A stretch of DNA of 10,677 bases from Octopus sinensis (taxonomy: Eukaryota). Below, piece by piece: positions 9,210-10,677 of the stretch (position 1 is the first letter of the stretch; each line of letters opens with the position of its first letter). Made by a program: the position numbers and the translations under genes. The notes under the pieces are model-generated. The model saw only the letters and a program-made list of their open reading frames with translations, ran no database searches and was not told where the DNA came from. The stretch spans positions 1 to 10,677 of the forward strand of contig NW_021827347.1 in NCBI RefSeq assembly GCF_006345805.1. Reading direction: 5' to 3'.

Positions 9210-10037
9210 GCGAGAAAGAAGCAACAAGAATGGATAGGTTTTTAGTACAATCGTTTCATACAAGGACAGGCTTTATTAAAAGTTGTAAAAATTACAGCAT
9301 ATAAACGTGTCCCGTACTCATCAGCTAAAATACATGTGAGTTCTCTAGACATCCTAGTGGTTGAGGCTATACTCATGAAGTAATGTAGATAATTAAGTAA
9401 CATAAACAGATTTCCAAAGTTCATTAAAGTTCTTTAAAGATGATGTACAGTCCTATCACAGAATTTTAAAAAAGTTCTATTAGCATCACAGAGAAGGTGA
9501 CCTAATCCATAGAGCACATATGAATTTCCAGAGATATGATGAGGGATTACATACTCACAGAAGACAAATTTATCCATTGTTAATCACAACGAGGTGGGTC
9601 TCAATTCCTGCTTATTAGCATTACAGAGAGGGTGAATTAATCCTTTGTATAGATGCACAATTTCCAATGGTGTAGATGTAAGTTTCCGGAGAAATGAAGA
9701 GGAATTTCATATTCACAGGCGATAAATTTATCAATGGTTGAACACAATGAGGTAGGTATCAAAACTTGTTATATGATTAGGTATTTGCTACATTAATCAC
9801 ATTACTGCTATTACAAGAGGCTGTAGCTATTTAACTTTTAAAGGCTGAAGGGCATTCTAGAGAGGCCAAGAATAGAAAGGGAAGGTAGAAGAAAAGAAAG
9901 AAAATAAAGGAGGAGGGATCAAAAAAAGGGGGGGAAAGGGGACTAAAAGAGAAAGAAAAGGAAAAAGAGAATAAGAAAGAACAGAAAAAAGAGAAAAGAG
10001 AAAGAAATGGGAAAGAAGGAAAAAATAAAAATAAAAA
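9210..10037 (-). repeat. 5' pseudo-LTR of the PLE (direct repeat 2; 3' part of an upstream tandem unit)
   Basis: Starts gcgagaaagaagcaacaagaatgg as at 4625 and runs colinear with 4625-5458 to the A-rich end at ~10037. Confidence 0.95.
9240..9330 (-). ncRNA. Type I hammerhead ribozyme (5' pLTR copy)
   Basis: Same fold as 4655-4744: CUGAUGA at 9324-9318, GAAA at 9257-9254, GUA at 9248-9246; predicted cut between 9246 and 9245. Confidence 0.88.
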
Positions 10038-10306
10038 AACTACTAGGATGTCTGAGAACTCACATGTATTTTAGCTGATGAGTACGGGACACGTTTTATT
10101 GCTGTAATTTTTACAACTTTTAATAAAGCCTGTCCTTGTATGAAACGATTGTACTAAAACCTATCCATTCTTGTTGCTTCTTTCTCGCTATAATCACCCC
10201 ACATTATGTATTGTTAAAACAGTATATTTTTTTTTTTGGTGCATCTAAGTTAGGTACCATATTCAAGTAAATTCATTAAATTAACTTGAATCTTTATTGC
10301 TTTTTG
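10038..10306 (+). repeat. Inverted terminal segment, reverse complement of 9090-9362
   Basis: aactactaggatgtct...tctttattgctttttg is the reverse complement of caaaaagcaataaaga...agacatcctagtggtt. It spans the pLTR/leader junction and carries the right-pLTR allele at the one diagnostic substitution. Confidence 0.95.
10069..10159 (+). ncRNA. Type I hammerhead ribozyme (inverted copy, plus strand)
   Basis: ttttag 10069-10074, CTGATGA 10075-10081, stem II gtacgggac/gtccttgtat, GAAA 10142-10145, GTA 10151-10153, ctaaaa 10154-10159. Confidence 0.88.
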
Positions 10307-10310
10307 TATA

Positions 10311-10361
<51 letters not shown>

Positions 10362-10465
10362 GTATATGTATATATATATGTATATATACATATATATATC
10401 ACATACAAACTTACATATATATATAATATATATATGTAATATATATATATGCATATATACAGGTG

Positions 10466-10501
<36 letters not shown>

Positions 10502-10570
10502 CACATATATACATATATACATATGTTATATGAATATGAAACATGTTCATAATATATATATATGTTATAT
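10307..10570. repeat. Imperfect (TA)n array, right target flank of the PLE
   Basis: Direct reading. Confidence 0.95.
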
Positions 10571-10572
10571 TT

Positions 10573-10677
10573 GCGAGCTGGCAGACACGTTAGCGCGCCG
10601 GGTGAAATGCCTAGCGGTATTTCGTCTGTCGTTACGTTCTGAGTTCAAATTCCGCCGAGGTCAACTTTGCCGTTCAT
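10573..10677 (+). mobile_element. 5' part of a second tRNA-derived SINE family, cut by the window edge
   Basis: gcgagctggcagacacgttagc (A-box-like), gagttcaaattccgccgaggtc (B-box-like, ~10642-10652), then gaggtcaactttgcc; recalled as an abundant octopus SINE. Confidence 0.75.

Larger units (their letters stand above)
4625..10306 (-). mobile_element. Penelope-like retroelement (C-terminal GIY-YIG type, resembling the Hydra clade): full unit + partial tandem copy + inverted terminal segment, inserted in (TA)n
   Basis: RT + GIY-YIG ORF at 9037-6198; direct repeats 4625-5458 and 9210-10037; inverted copy 10038-10306; hammerhead motifs in all three repeats; (TA)n directly outside both ends. Tandem/inverted pseudo-LTRs are the established PLE architecture. 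Clade assignment is from recalled motif similarity only. Confidence 0.93.

Noticed and set aside
9242-9424. 60-aa minus-strand ORF across the hammerhead
   Set aside because: Short, no homology recognised, and the frame is disturbed by indels in the other pLTR copy.
4625-10037. LTR retrotransposon interpretation of the long direct repeats
   Set aside because: No TG...CA termini, PBS, gag, protease or integrase; the RT and GIY-YIG motifs and the inverted segment fit a PLE.
1-10677. CRISPR array or prokaryotic defence system
   Set aside because: No regularly spaced repeat-spacer units and no bacterial-type gene organisation; the window is eukaryotic repeat-rich DNA.

Overview
Eukaryotic, AT-rich, microsatellite-dense DNA. 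The tRNA-derived SINEs match, from memory, families of Octopus genomes, so the host is probably a cephalopod (inference; no search run). The main feature is a young Penelope-like retroelement (PLE) on the minus strand, 4625-10306, inserted in a (TA)n microsatellite. It has one RT + C-terminal GIY-YIG ORF (about 947 aa after repairing six 1-bp indels) with two unusual Asn-rich insertions, two ~830-bp direct pseudo-LTRs, and a ~270-bp inverted terminal segment. Each of the three repeats carries a complete type I hammerhead ribozyme fold whose stem III is self-complementary, as in dimeric hammerheads. An AAUAAA lies inside ribozyme stem II, and an AUG-free leader runs from the predicted cut site to the ORF start. 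The left 4.6 kb holds microsatellites, a LINE 3' end and two SINEs that share a 3' tail with it, and weak candidates for a micro-exon and an ETS/IRF motif cluster. Almost all short ORFs in the track are microsatellite or antisense artefacts.
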